DNA of 20,000 bases, taken from IMG/VR virus record IMGVR_UViG_2772190671_000001; one strand, given 5' to 3'. The notes under the pieces were generated by a model, which was given only the letters and a program-made list of their open reading frames with translations, ran no database searches and was not told the DNA's origin. Shown here in pieces: positions 1-7,362 of this stretch. Numbering within the stretch: the first letter of the stretch is position 1; every line of letters starts with the position of its first letter. The position numbers were made by a program, and so were the translations under genes. Origin of the DNA: an uncultured virus (IMG/VR IMGVR_UViG_2772190671_000001) (lineage: Duplodnaviria; Heunggongvirae; Uroviricota; Caudoviricetes).

Positions 1-113
1 TGGCAGATCCAGGCGAGAGACTGGCGTCAATTGCTCTAGAGCGCTACGTTGGCGTAGTCGCGTTGTGACAGTGCGCACACCACGGCAACGCTTTGCACGC
101 CCACGCACGAAAA

Positions 114-166
114 CGGCCGGACGGTCGCCACCGTCCGGCCGAAGAAGCGGCGGGTCGCCACCCGCC
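114..166 (+). promoter_or_regulatory. Twin stem-loops with identical GGT-CGCC-ACC apex upstream of 203..478
   Basis: CGGCCGGACGGT-CGCC-ACCGTCCGGCCG (114-141) and GGCGGGT-CGCC-ACCCGCC (149-166); both stems perfect. Confidence 0.6.
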
Positions 167-202
167 TAAGCAACTCAATCCTGCTGAGATTGGAGTCTGC
201 CC

Positions 203-478
203 ATGACTGTAACGCTCTCCCCCCTCCTGGACCACCTGCTCGACGCCCCGCTCCCCCAGCTGCTGGCCGAGTTGGACGTCGAGCTGGTCGACAGCAGCAT
301 CACGGACCGCACGTTCTTCGGCGCGTTCGTGGAGCATCGGAGCGGCAGGCGCATTCTGTCGATGCCGCCCGGCCGGTCCGTCTTCGAGCGGGATACGGCG
401 GCGCGGATGCTCCTCGCGGAGGGGCTCGAGCTGGATGCTCCGCCGCTGCCGGCGCCGTTCGAGGTGACGCGCGGCTGA
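203..478 (+). CDS. Hypothetical protein (91 aa), possibly ImmA/IrrE-like fold without HEXXH
   Basis: GGAG RBS at 192-195, ATG start, GC3-biased codons, stop followed by a strong hairpin. Confidence 0.8.
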   Translation: MTVTLSPLLDHLLDAPLPQLLAELDVELVDSSITDRTFFGAFVEHRSGRRILSMPPGRSVFERDTAARMLLAEGLELDAPPLPAPFEVTRG

Positions 479-488
479 CCGCACGCCT

Positions 489-522
489 GAAGGCCCCCGC
501 TCCGGTTGGAGCGGGGGCCTTC
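489..522. terminator. Probable bidirectional intrinsic terminator
   Basis: Perfect 15-bp stem GAAGGCCCCCGCTCC-GGTT-GGAGCGGGGGCCTTC between convergent stops at 478 (+) and 544 (-). Confidence 0.88.
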
Positions 523-543
523 GTCATGGCCGAGCCTGGTCGG

Positions 544-714
544 TCACTTGGTCCTCCATGCGGCGCGCGCGGCTGCGCGTCGGGTGGCGCGGTTCGGTGT
601 GGGGTCGGGGGCGGTGTCGTCGACGACCTGCTCGGCGCGGACGAGTTGCTGCTCCCAGGTGACGCCCGGGGCCGGCGCACGCTCGCCGCGGGGTTTGGAT
701 GAGGGGCCGGTCAT
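544..714 (-). CDS. Hypothetical protein (56 aa, MTGPSSKPRG...)
   Basis: ATG at 714 overlaps the stop of 711..1007 (ATGA); AAGGAGG RBS upstream. Confidence 0.7.
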   Translation of the reverse strand: MTGPSSKPRGERAPAPGVTWEQQLVRAEQVVDDTAPDPTPNRATRRAAARAAWRTK

Positions 715-1007
715 GCGGCCTCCTTTCGGGCCCACGCGGGGCGGTGAGGCGCTGTGCGCCGTTCTGCGGGTGCTGGCGGCTCCGGGACCGCGTCGGGCTG
801 TTCGGTCGTGAGAGGGGCACTCAGGGCCGTTCTCGGGCCTGTTGCGGCCAGAGCCGCCGTCACGCCCCGCCACAGCACCCGCCCCGCCCACCACACGGCC
901 GCCACCACCGAGTGCAGAACCACCGCGGCGACGAAGGCGAGCGCGGCAATCCACGCGGCGAGCGCCCACCCGACCGTGACCACCGTGTCGACCGCCTCCC
1001 CGATCAC
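711..1007 (-). CDS. Small membrane protein (98 aa)
   Basis: Hydrophobic N-terminal half (VVTVGWALAAWIAALAFVAAVVL); GTGA-coupled to upstream gene. Confidence 0.75.
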   Translation of the reverse strand: MIGEAVDTVVTVGWALAAWIAALAFVAAVVLHSVVAAVWWAGRVLWRGVTAALAATGPRTALSAPLTTEQPDAVPEPPAPAERRTAPHRPAWARKEAA

Positions 1008-1246
1008 GACGTGGGCCCCTCGTCGAGTAGTCCGGCGATCTCCCGCATCCCCGCCAGCCGCCGTTCCGTCAGCGCCAGTGCGGCGGCGTCCTGCGCGAGG
1101 CGGTGGGCGCTCCCGTGTCGTCCGGCAGCGATCTCGTCGGCGTAGATCCGGGCGGCGACGGCGAGTCGCTCGGCCTCGCGTTCCAGTTCCTCGACCGTGA
1201 GTTGGAGTTGGCGGGTGACGAAACGGCGGGTGAGTTCGGCGGCCAT
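1004..1246 (-). CDS. Hypothetical helical protein (80 aa, MAAELTRRF...)
   Basis: ATG at 1246 just after the stop at 1248; GAGGAGG RBS. Confidence 0.75.
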   Translation of the reverse strand: MAAELTRRFVTRQLQLTVEELEREAERLAVAARIYADEIAAGRHGSAHRLAQDAAALALTERRLAGMREIAGLLDEGPTS

Positions 1247-1247
1247 G

Positions 1248-2525
1248 TCAGGCCTCCTCGTCGGTGTCGGCTGCCGCAGGCTGCACCGGGACGGCGGGCG
1301 CATCGAGGACGTCACACAGGCCGCACACGACAGCGGGCGGCAGAAGGACGCCCTGCGCTACCGGGCAGACCTCGCGGTGCAGATCCCGGACGCGCTTCAG
1401 CTTGCCGGTGAGCGCGGACGCCCCAGTCCCGTACTCGTCGACCATGCGGCCGAGGCGGCGCACCTCCTGCTGTGCCTGGCCGAGGGCTGCTTCGTGCCCG
1501 CACTCGATCGGGTCGGGGCAGCCGGGCGTCTCGGTGTCGGGCTGCTGCTGCTCCTCGTCGGCCCGCAGCACGGCTGCTGCTGCGGCTCGTGTCCCCGCGT
1601 CCCACGCGTCAGCCAGCCCGCTGTGGTGCTGGTAGCGGTCGGGGATGGGCAGCCGGACGGCGCGCGCGGCAGCCTCACGCAGGACAGCGGGCAGGTCGAC
1701 GGTGGGCGTGGGGGCGGGCTGCGCCTCGTCGGCCATACGGCGCAGCAGGGTGGCGACAGCGTCGCGGTCGCGGGTGTCCCACCAGAAGCCGCCGTCCTCG
1801 TCGAGCTGCGGCCGGTAAGGGATCGGCCCGGGGTGCGCAGCAACGGCCTCGGCGGCCCACATCAGGACGGCGGCCTGGTCTGTGGTCGGCGGCAGAACGG
1901 GCATGATCGCGTCGGCGAGGTCGCCACGGCGCATGTCGGGCCGGTAGTCGGCCTGTTCAAGCGCTACGGCGATGCGGTCGCGGAGTGTGGCCCGGTCGGC
2001 GCGCTCGGCGAGCAGCTGCCGTCCGCAGCGTGCGCCCTTCAGCCACTCCCGGACATCAGCCGTGGTGATCTGGCGGGCTTCACGGTCGGCGATGTCGCAG
2101 CACTCTCCAACGAACGCGAGCGCGTCCTGAGCGCGGTACAGGTCGGTGCTCAGTTCGTCGGCCAGGTCGCGGGCTTCCTCGGCGGTCAGTTCCTGCGCGG
2201 CCCGGTCGGCGGCGGGCGGCAGCACGGCCAGCACCGCGTCGGCGTGCTCGCCGTACTCGTCCGGTTCGATGCCGTCGTCGTCGAACTCGAAGCCGCTGGC
2301 CTCACAGATGGCGCGGCGGATGCGGTCGCGGAGTGTGGCCCGGTCGGCGGGCGGCGGCGGCACCGGCGCGGTGGCGAGCAGTTCGGCAGCGGCCCGGCAC
2401 ACCCGCTCGTGCTGCACCGGGAACGTCGGCTGCCCCGGCCCGGGGATGGCGACCGCGTCCCAGAGGGCGTCGGCCTGCTGGACGGTGAGGCCGTGCGTCG
2501 GGTCAGGCTGCGTCGGGTTGGTCAT
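1248..2525 (-). CDS. Mosaic phage hypothetical protein (425 aa) with repeated ADRATLRDRI linkers
   Basis: ATG at 2525 with GAAGGGA RBS; GC3-biased codons; repeated ADRATLRDRI and ADA(V/I)xxVLPP motifs. Confidence 0.8.
   Translation of the reverse strand: MTNPTQPDPTHGLTVQQADALWDAVAIPGPGQPTFPVQHERVCRAAAELLATAPVPPPPADRATLRDRIRRAICEASGFEFDDDGIEPDEYGEHADAVLAVLPPAADRAAQELTAEEARDLADELSTDLYRAQDALAFVGECCDIADREARQITTADVREWLKGARCGRQLLAERADRATLRDRIAVALEQADYRPDMRRGDLADAIMPVLPPTTDQAAVLMWAAEAVAAHPGPIPYRPQLDEDGGFWWDTRDRDAVATLLRRMADEAQPAPTPTVDLPAVLREAAARAVRLPIPDRYQHHSGLADAWDAGTRAAAAAVLRADEEQQQPDTETPGCPDPIECGHEAALGQAQQEVRRLGRMVDEYGTGASALTGKLKRVRDLHREVCPVAQGVLLPPAVVCGLCDVLDAPAVPVQPAAADTDEEA
1971..2349. repeat. 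31-bp exact direct repeat (1971-2001 and 2319-2349)
   Basis: GATGCGGTCGCGGAGTGTGGCCCGGTCGGCG occurs twice; partial third copy at 2199-2211. Confidence 0.9.
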
Positions 2526-2553
2526 GGTGGTCCCTTCGGAGAGAATCGGAGAC

Positions 2554-2588
2554 GCCGGCCGGGCGCGATACGAGCGCGCCCGGCTGGT
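2554..2588. terminator. Intergenic stem-loop
   Basis: GCCGGGCGCG-ATACGAG-CGCGCCCGGC 10-bp stem, extendable by G:U pairs on the + strand. Confidence 0.5.
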
Positions 2589-2601
2589 CCTGTACGGGTG
2601 G

Positions 2602-2889
2602 TCACGCGGCAGCCGATGCCGTCGGCGAAGAGGCAGGGTGGTCGCACTGCGGGGACCGGCCGGAGCGGCATATCGCGGCCACCTGCTCCATGGCCTGGAG
2701 GTTCTTGCGGCCCCAGTCCCGGGCGCGTTCCTCGTGGCTGGTCCGGGAGTCCATGAGGTGACATCCACCGGGCCACTCCGTCGGGTTCCAGGGGTTGTAG
2801 TCGTTGCGGCGCCATTCGACGAAGTGGGCGCGATGGGTGGGGCACAGATCGCCGGGTATCGGTGTGGCGGCTGCCTCGGACGCAGTCAT
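2602..2889 (-). CDS. Hypothetical protein (95 aa, MTASEAAATP...)
   Basis: ATG at 2889 with GAGGA RBS; Trp/Cys/His-containing globular-looking sequence. Confidence 0.7.
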   Translation of the reverse strand: MTASEAAATPIPGDLCPTHRAHFVEWRRNDYNPWNPTEWPGGCHLMDSRTSHEERARDWGRKNLQAMEQVAAICRSGRSPQCDHPASSPTASAAA

Positions 2890-2948
2890 GTCGTGTCCTC
2901 TCGGTCGGGGCGGGTGCCGTGGTTGGTCTTTCGTTCCGGGCTGGCAGG

Positions 2949-3731
2949 TCACGCTGCGGCGATCTGTGCGGCAATTCGCTCGGCAGCCTGCACACGTTGC
3001 GCAGCCAGCTCTGCGGCGGCCCGGTCGATCTCGACGAGAAAGCAGCGGCGACTAGCCAGCACAGCGGCCACGCCCGTCGTCCCGGATCCGGCGCACGGGT
3101 CGACCACAAGGTCGCCGCGCAGGGTGCTGGACTCGATCAGGTCGGCGAGCAGCGGTACCGGCTTCTCATTCGGGTGCCGCGTGTTGCCGTTGGGACGCTG
3201 ATAGCGCAGGACCGATCCCTTGCGAAGGCGGGCCGCCAGACCTCCGCGTCCGGAAGACCGGTCGGAAGGCCGCTTGCGGTGCACCCCGAAGGCGATGGGT
3301 TCGTGGCTCGCCGACCACGCCGTGGTGAGGTCTCCTTGAGGCAGCAGGATCTTGTCCCAGACGAGATCGGCTACCGCTCCCAGCCTGAGCGGCTCGGCCG
3401 CATCCTCAGAGCGGTAGCCGAACACGTACACGTGGCGGGAGTTGGCGAGGCCGCGATCGTGGCTGCCGCCCGGAGCGGCCCACTCGCCGAGGATCGCCAG
3501 CCAGTCCTGTGTGCCGTCGTCGCCAGCAATGGCGGGGCGGCTGGCCCAGTTGCTGCGGTAGTCGATGCCGTAGGGCGGGTCGGTGCACAGCAGTCCGTAC
3601 CCGTCTGGGACGGCGGCGAGGATCTGCGGATCACGGCAGTCGCCCCAGATGATCGTGGCGCGCTCCGACTGGTGGAGGATCTGGCCGCCGGCGGGCGGGG
3701 TGAGGTCGAGGGCAAGCGTTTCGGCGGTCAT
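2949..3731 (-). CDS. Orphan DNA amino-methyltransferase (N6A/N4C, beta class)
   Basis: Catalytic motif IV TDPPYG precedes HPNEKP and SAM-binding motif I VVDPCAGSGTT; AAGGAG RBS. Confidence 0.93.
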   Translation of the reverse strand: MTAETLALDLTPPAGGQILHQSERATIIWGDCRDPQILAAVPDGYGLLCTDPPYGIDYRSNWASRPAIAGDDGTQDWLAILGEWAAPGGSHDRGLANSRHVYVFGYRSEDAAEPLRLGAVADLVWDKILLPQGDLTTAWSASHEPIAFGVHRKRPSDRSSGRGGLAARLRKGSVLRYQRPNGNTRHPNEKPVPLLADLIESSTLRGDLVVDPCAGSGTTGVAAVLASRRCFLVEIDRAAAELAAQRVQAAERIAAQIAAA

Positions 3732-3761
3732 GGGTGTGTCTCCTTCGGGTGTGGGGGCGGG

Positions 3762-4094
3762 TCAGGTCACGGGGCGCAGAACACGGACGGCCGTGAGGGC
3801 GAAGTCCGGCAGCGGCGTCCCGTAGCGGGCGTTGTGCGAGGCGACCGTGTCCAGCCAGTCCGCGAAGGCGATGGCCAGCTCCGGCGTGAACAGCCCGGCC
3901 AGCTGCGAGCAGACGCCGCCCATGCCGTTCTCGAATCCGTCCCGCCAGGCGGTGGCCCGGTCGTAGCAGGACCAGAAGTCGTCGTGGTCGAGGTCGGCGA
4001 GAGCGGCCTCGGCGATGGTGCGGATGTGGGCGGCGGTCTGGTGGACGGTGAGCGCGGGGCTCGGCGGCGGCAGCAGCGGCGTGGTGGTGGTCAT
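3762..4094 (-). CDS. Hypothetical protein (110 aa, MTTTTPLLPP...)
   Basis: ATG at 4094 overlaps the stop of 4091..4546 (ATGA); protein-like composition after this start. Confidence 0.75.
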   Translation of the reverse strand: MTTTTPLLPPPSPALTVHQTAAHIRTIAEAALADLDHDDFWSCYDRATAWRDGFENGMGGVCSQLAGLFTPELAIAFADWLDTVASHNARYGTPLPDFALTAVRVLRPVT

Positions 4095-4546
4095 CGGCCG
4101 GCCCCAGCAGACACAGCAGCAGCGGCGGCGGCGGTGTCCTCGCGCTGCCACTGCTCCTCGTGCTCGCGAAGGCGGCACTGGACGTCGAAGGCGCCTTCGT
4201 AGTCGCGGTCCTCGCGGGCTTGCGTGACCAACTCGGCGAACGACTGGCGGATCTCGTTGCGCTTGGCCTCCACGGCCGGGCGCTCCAGCTCGGCAACGCG
4301 GGCGCGGAGGCGGCGGACTTCGGCGAGCAGCGTCCGCACGTCCTCGCGGGCGTGGGCGATGAACTCGCCGTTGCGGGTCTCGCTCGTCGGGTTCCAGTAG
4401 CTGGCCAGCTGGTGGCCGTCGGGGCCGAGGACGTCGGAGTAGTTCTCTGACAGCGTCCAAGGGCCGGGGGTGGCGGCTTTCGCGCGGGTGTCGATGTCGT
4501 CGAGCTGCTGGGCGGTGAGCGGGGTGGGCTGGGTGTGCTGGTTCAT
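4091..4546 (-). CDS. Ead/Ea22-like phage protein (151 aa)
   Basis: AKAATPGPW ... NGEFIAHAREDVRTLLAEVRRLR motif followed by a coiled coil. Confidence 0.75.
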   Translation of the reverse strand: MNQHTQPTPLTAQQLDDIDTRAKAATPGPWTLSENYSDVLGPDGHQLASYWNPTSETRNGEFIAHAREDVRTLLAEVRRLRARVAELERPAVEAKRNEIRQSFAELVTQAREDRDYEGAFDVQCRLREHEEQWQREDTAAAAAAVSAGAGR

Positions 4547-4631
4547 GTGGGGTGTCCTGTCGTGTGTGGTGGCGGTAACCGGGTCGCGCGGTGGGCCGGC
4601 CGGTCAGGGCGGGCGCGGGACTACGGGCGGA

Positions 4632-4844
4632 TCAGGCGGCCTCGCCTTCGATGACGCGCAGCTTCGGCTTGCCCGTACCGCGGCCTTCGAGCCGGTCCAG
4701 CTCGGCTTCGAGGGTGGCGAGGTGCGCGGCCTGCTCCTCAGGCGTCCACCGTGAGACCGGCTCGGAACGGCGGCGGGCGGGCTGGGCGTGGCCGAACGTG
4801 CCAGTCGGCAGGGCCTCGGCCATGAGGCGCTCGTAGGGCGTCAT
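4632..4844 (-). CDS. Hypothetical protein (70 aa, MTPYERLMAE...)
   Basis: ATG at 4844 overlaps the upstream stop (ATGA). Confidence 0.75.
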   Translation of the reverse strand: MTPYERLMAEALPTGTFGHAQPARRRSEPVSRWTPEEQAAHLATLEAELDRLEGRGTGKPKLRVIEGEAA

Positions 4845-5137
4845 GCCGCTTCCCCAATCTCGGCACGGAGCCAGGTCTCGTGGGCAGCGGCGTCGTAGGG
4901 TCCGGCGGCGAGCCACTCAGCGGTCGCCTTGGCGGCGGCCTCCTTGCGCCAGCCGCGCTTGTTGGAACGCAGGGACAGCTCGCCGTCCTGCCAGCTGTCG
5001 CCGCAGTGACAACAGGTGACCGTGGGCCCGTACCAGGCTTCGTCCTGGACGAGCATGCGGCGCCGGGTCTTGCAGGTGACGCAGCGGAGGATGCGGCGAA
5101 TCGGGTACCGCCGGGCGCGGCAGACGATGACGTTCAT
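4841..5137 (-). CDS. Zinc-ribbon protein (98 aa, MNVIVCRARR...)
   Basis: CVTC ... CCHC motif; ATG at 5137 coupled to upstream stop. Confidence 0.7.
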   Translation of the reverse strand: MNVIVCRARRYPIRRILRCVTCKTRRRMLVQDEAWYGPTVTCCHCGDSWQDGELSLRSNKRGWRKEAAAKATAEWLAAGPYDAAAHETWLRAEIGEAA

Positions 5138-5439
5138 GCGGCGGTGGCCTCGGCTTCCTGGTAGCGGCGGGCGTGGACGGTGGTGCGGGCGCGGCCGTCT
5201 TCGTGGCAGGGCACCTCGGGCGTGACCTGGCATTCGGGGCAGCAGGCCGTGGCCTCGGCCCAGGCGGACACCCGCTGCGGGTGGGGCTGCGGAAGCTGCC
5301 GGCCGGAGGCTCGCAGGACGCAGGGCCGGTGTGCGTGGGCGCCGCAGTGCGGGCACGGGACGGCGCGGGCCGGGTGCTGGGCGGCTCGGACGAAGTGGCG
5401 GAGGCTGTCGGGCATCGGGGCGCCGGAGTGCAGGGTCAT
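5134..5439 (-). CDS. Tandem phage zinc-finger protein (101 aa)
   Basis: Two CxxC-x7-C...HxxR units (CPHC..PC..HPQR; CPEC..PC..HARR); AAGGAG RBS. Confidence 0.82.
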   Translation of the reverse strand: MTLHSGAPMPDSLRHFVRAAQHPARAVPCPHCGAHAHRPCVLRASGRQLPQPHPQRVSAWAEATACCPECQVTPEVPCHEDGRARTTVHARRYQEAEATAA

Positions 5440-5759
5440 CGGGTCTCCTTGGGCGGGCAGTTGCCGCAGTCACAGGGCTGATCAGGGAAGTGCTCGGTGT
5501 TGCGGTAGTGGCGGACAGCCGCATCCCAGGCGGCTTTCGGCAGGGACCACTCCGGTGGCGGGCCGGGCGGGGAGCTGCCGGTCGGCCAGGCGCCGGGCCG
5601 GTGGCCGGGCGGCTTCGGGGCTGCAGGTTTCGGCGGCTGGGCGCGGCGGGCTTTGCCGGCGGCGATCTGCTGCCGCATGAACGCCTTCAGGTCCGCTCCC
5701 CCGCCCTCCGCACGCATCGCCTTGATGTCTTCGACCTCCGGCTCCCAGTCAGCGGTCAC
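5436..5759 (-). CDS. Hypothetical protein (107 aa)
   Basis: GTGA-coupled start with GAGGAGG RBS; C-terminal CDCGNC. Confidence 0.75.
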   Translation of the reverse strand: MTADWEPEVEDIKAMRAEGGGADLKAFMRQQIAAGKARRAQPPKPAAPKPPGHRPGAWPTGSSPPGPPPEWSLPKAAWDAAVRHYRNTEHFPDQPCDCGNCPPKETR

Positions 5760-6514
5760 GACACGGCCTCCTCGTCGACGATCACGGCGTCGGGGATGTC
5801 GTCGGCTTCGCGGGCGAGGTGCGCGGCGGACATCTGCCGGATCCGCTGCTCCTCGGCGGCCCGCTCCGCCTCGGCGGCCTCAGGGATGCCGTTGGCGGCG
5901 CGGAGGCGGGCGCTGTGCGGCTTCAGACGCGGCTTCCCCAACGGCTGACGGTCCGTGCCGCCGGGCGCCTTGCACGGCTTGCCTATCGCCGCCCGGCACT
6001 TCTCCACCGGGCACACGACGCCCAGCGGGCCAGAACGGCGCACCGAGTCGATCAGCTCGGCCTCGACGGTGTCCTCATCGTCGACGGTCCGGTTGCCTTC
6101 CCAGCCGCGGGCTTCCAGCTCGCCCATCAGCTCGCGGGACGGGGCGCCCTCCAGTGCCAGCCGGCCGGTGGGGGCGGGGATGCGCCCGGAGGCGATCGCC
6201 TGAGTCTGGCCGCGGAGGCGGGCCAGGTACTCCGGCACGGTCTCGTCAGCGATGGGCTCGTACTGGAAGTTCTCCAGACGGGCACTGCGGATCTTCGTGC
6301 GGAGGGTCCGGATGTGGTGCGGCAGGATCCACAGCCGCTCGTTCGGATTCTGCGGCGGAGTCCGGTAGTAGAGCGCCACCGCGGCCTTCGCGTCCGCGTC
6401 CAGCGGCACGTCCTCGAGGGCGGCGGCCCAAGCCACAGCAGCAGCAGCAGACGGGTTGCGGTTGTCGAAGGCGGCGGCATGGCCGAGGAGTTCGGCCGCC
6501 TCGGTCGGATTCAT
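5756..6514 (-). CDS. Putative helicase loader/inhibitor-like replication protein with C-terminal zinc finger (252 aa)
   Basis: N-terminus MNPTEAAELL..AAAFDNR...AWAAAL resembles loader/inhibitor (G39P-like) domains found after actinophage initiators; ATGA-coupled to the initiator; CPVEKC..PC..HSAR finger. Confidence 0.62.
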   Translation of the reverse strand: MNPTEAAELLGHAAAFDNRNPSAAAAVAWAAALEDVPLDADAKAAVALYYRTPPQNPNERLWILPHHIRTLRTKIRSARLENFQYEPIADETVPEYLARLRGQTQAIASGRIPAPTGRLALEGAPSRELMGELEARGWEGNRTVDDEDTVEAELIDSVRRSGPLGVVCPVEKCRAAIGKPCKAPGGTDRQPLGKPRLKPHSARLRAANGIPEAAEAERAAEEQRIRQMSAAHLAREADDIPDAVIVDEEAVS

Positions 6515-7362
6515 GCGGAGTCTCCTTGCTCAGCGAGTTGGGCGGCGATGTCGGCCCAGCCAGCGACCTTCGCGTCGGTGCCGGTGAGGGTCTGGCCAGA
6601 GGGCAGGGCGATGACGTTGGAGGCGCTGTGCGCCTGCCGCATCTCAGAGAAGGCGAACTGGAGGGTGCCGGGGCTGACGGGCTTCGACAGGGAGCCGAGG
6701 CGCTCGAGGGCTTGCCAGAGCTCTCCCGAGTCGGTGCCGTTGGCGAGGGCGTCGGCGATGACCTTGCGTACCTGGCGCTGGCTGTAGGCGTTGCCAGCGC
6801 GATAGCGATCGAGGAAGGCGTCGGTCATCCGGTCTTCGATGGCCCTCTCGCCCGTCTGCGAGACGGCGGGGCTGTCGGACGACTGCCGGGGGGTAGGGGG
6901 GTTTCCCTTCCCTTCCCTGTTCCCTTCCCTTCCTTTCCTTTCCTGTGATGAGTCCTCACTGAGGTGTGCGTGAGTATTCAGTGAGTCGCTGTCGTGCCTG
7001 GTCACAGGGTCAGGAGGGGTCGGATCGCCCTCTTCGGGGGCCGGAAGCTTGCTTGGTGTCGGACGGTTGATCCTTTGGTGCTCAATCCAGCCCGTGACGG
7101 CGATGTACCGCTTTCGATTGAGCGTGTAGCGAGTAATCAGTGAGGACTCAGTGAGTGCCTTCAGGTCGATCTCGATGTCGGCCGCGGTGCGGTCGTCGAG
7201 CGGCCAGATCGCCGCCTTGATCAGGCGAGCGTCGTCCACGCATCGGCCGGCGTCGTCAGCGTGCGTCCACAGGCCAATGAAGGTGAGCCGCTGCTCGGGC
7301 GTGAGGTCGGCGATCGTGAGCGAGGTGAAGAACTCGGGCTTGATCGTGCGGATGCGGGCCAT
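6511..7362 (-). CDS. Phage replication initiator protein (283 aa)
   Basis: MARIRTIKPEFF...LTFIGLWTHADDAGR...W..HQRINRP N-terminal domain characteristic of phage initiators; low-complexity linker; position in the replication module. Confidence 0.82.
   Translation of the reverse strand: MARIRTIKPEFFTSLTIADLTPEQRLTFIGLWTHADDAGRCVDDARLIKAAIWPLDDRTAADIEIDLKALTESSLITRYTLNRKRYIAVTGWIEHQRINRPTPSKLPAPEEGDPTPPDPVTRHDSDSLNTHAHLSEDSSQERKGREGNREGKGNPPTPRQSSDSPAVSQTGERAIEDRMTDAFLDRYRAGNAYSQRQVRKVIADALANGTDSGELWQALERLGSLSKPVSPGTLQFAFSEMRQAHSASNVIALPSGQTLTGTDAKVAGWADIAAQLAEQGDSA
6887..7162. other. Candidate replication origin inside the initiator gene
   Basis: TGAG units at 11-bp spacing (6949, 6960, 6971, 6982; cGAG 7130, 7141, 7152), 14-bp inverted repeat 6949-6962/7137-7150, polypyrimidine tract 6902-6944. 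Confidence 0.6.

Noticed and set aside
1..113. Promoter or gene end at the left edge (TTGCTC-18 bp-TAGTCG; GCTCTAGAGC palindrome at 33-42)
   Set aside because: The -10 lacks the conserved final T and context is truncated by the window edge
1971..2349. 31-bp direct repeat as att core or DGR template/variable repeat
   Set aside because: Both copies are in frame within one CDS and far from the integrase; no adenine-specific differences and no reverse transcriptase in the window
1197..2756. 519-aa + strand ORF
   Set aside because: Antisense shadow of the GC3-biased minus-strand gene; V/G/R-rich with no motifs
2862..4202. 446-aa + strand ORF
   Set aside because: Antisense to the methyltransferase and neighbours, which have clear motifs and RBSs
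5653..6948. 431-aa + strand ORF
   Set aside because: Arg/Pro/Gly-rich off-frame shadow of the replication genes
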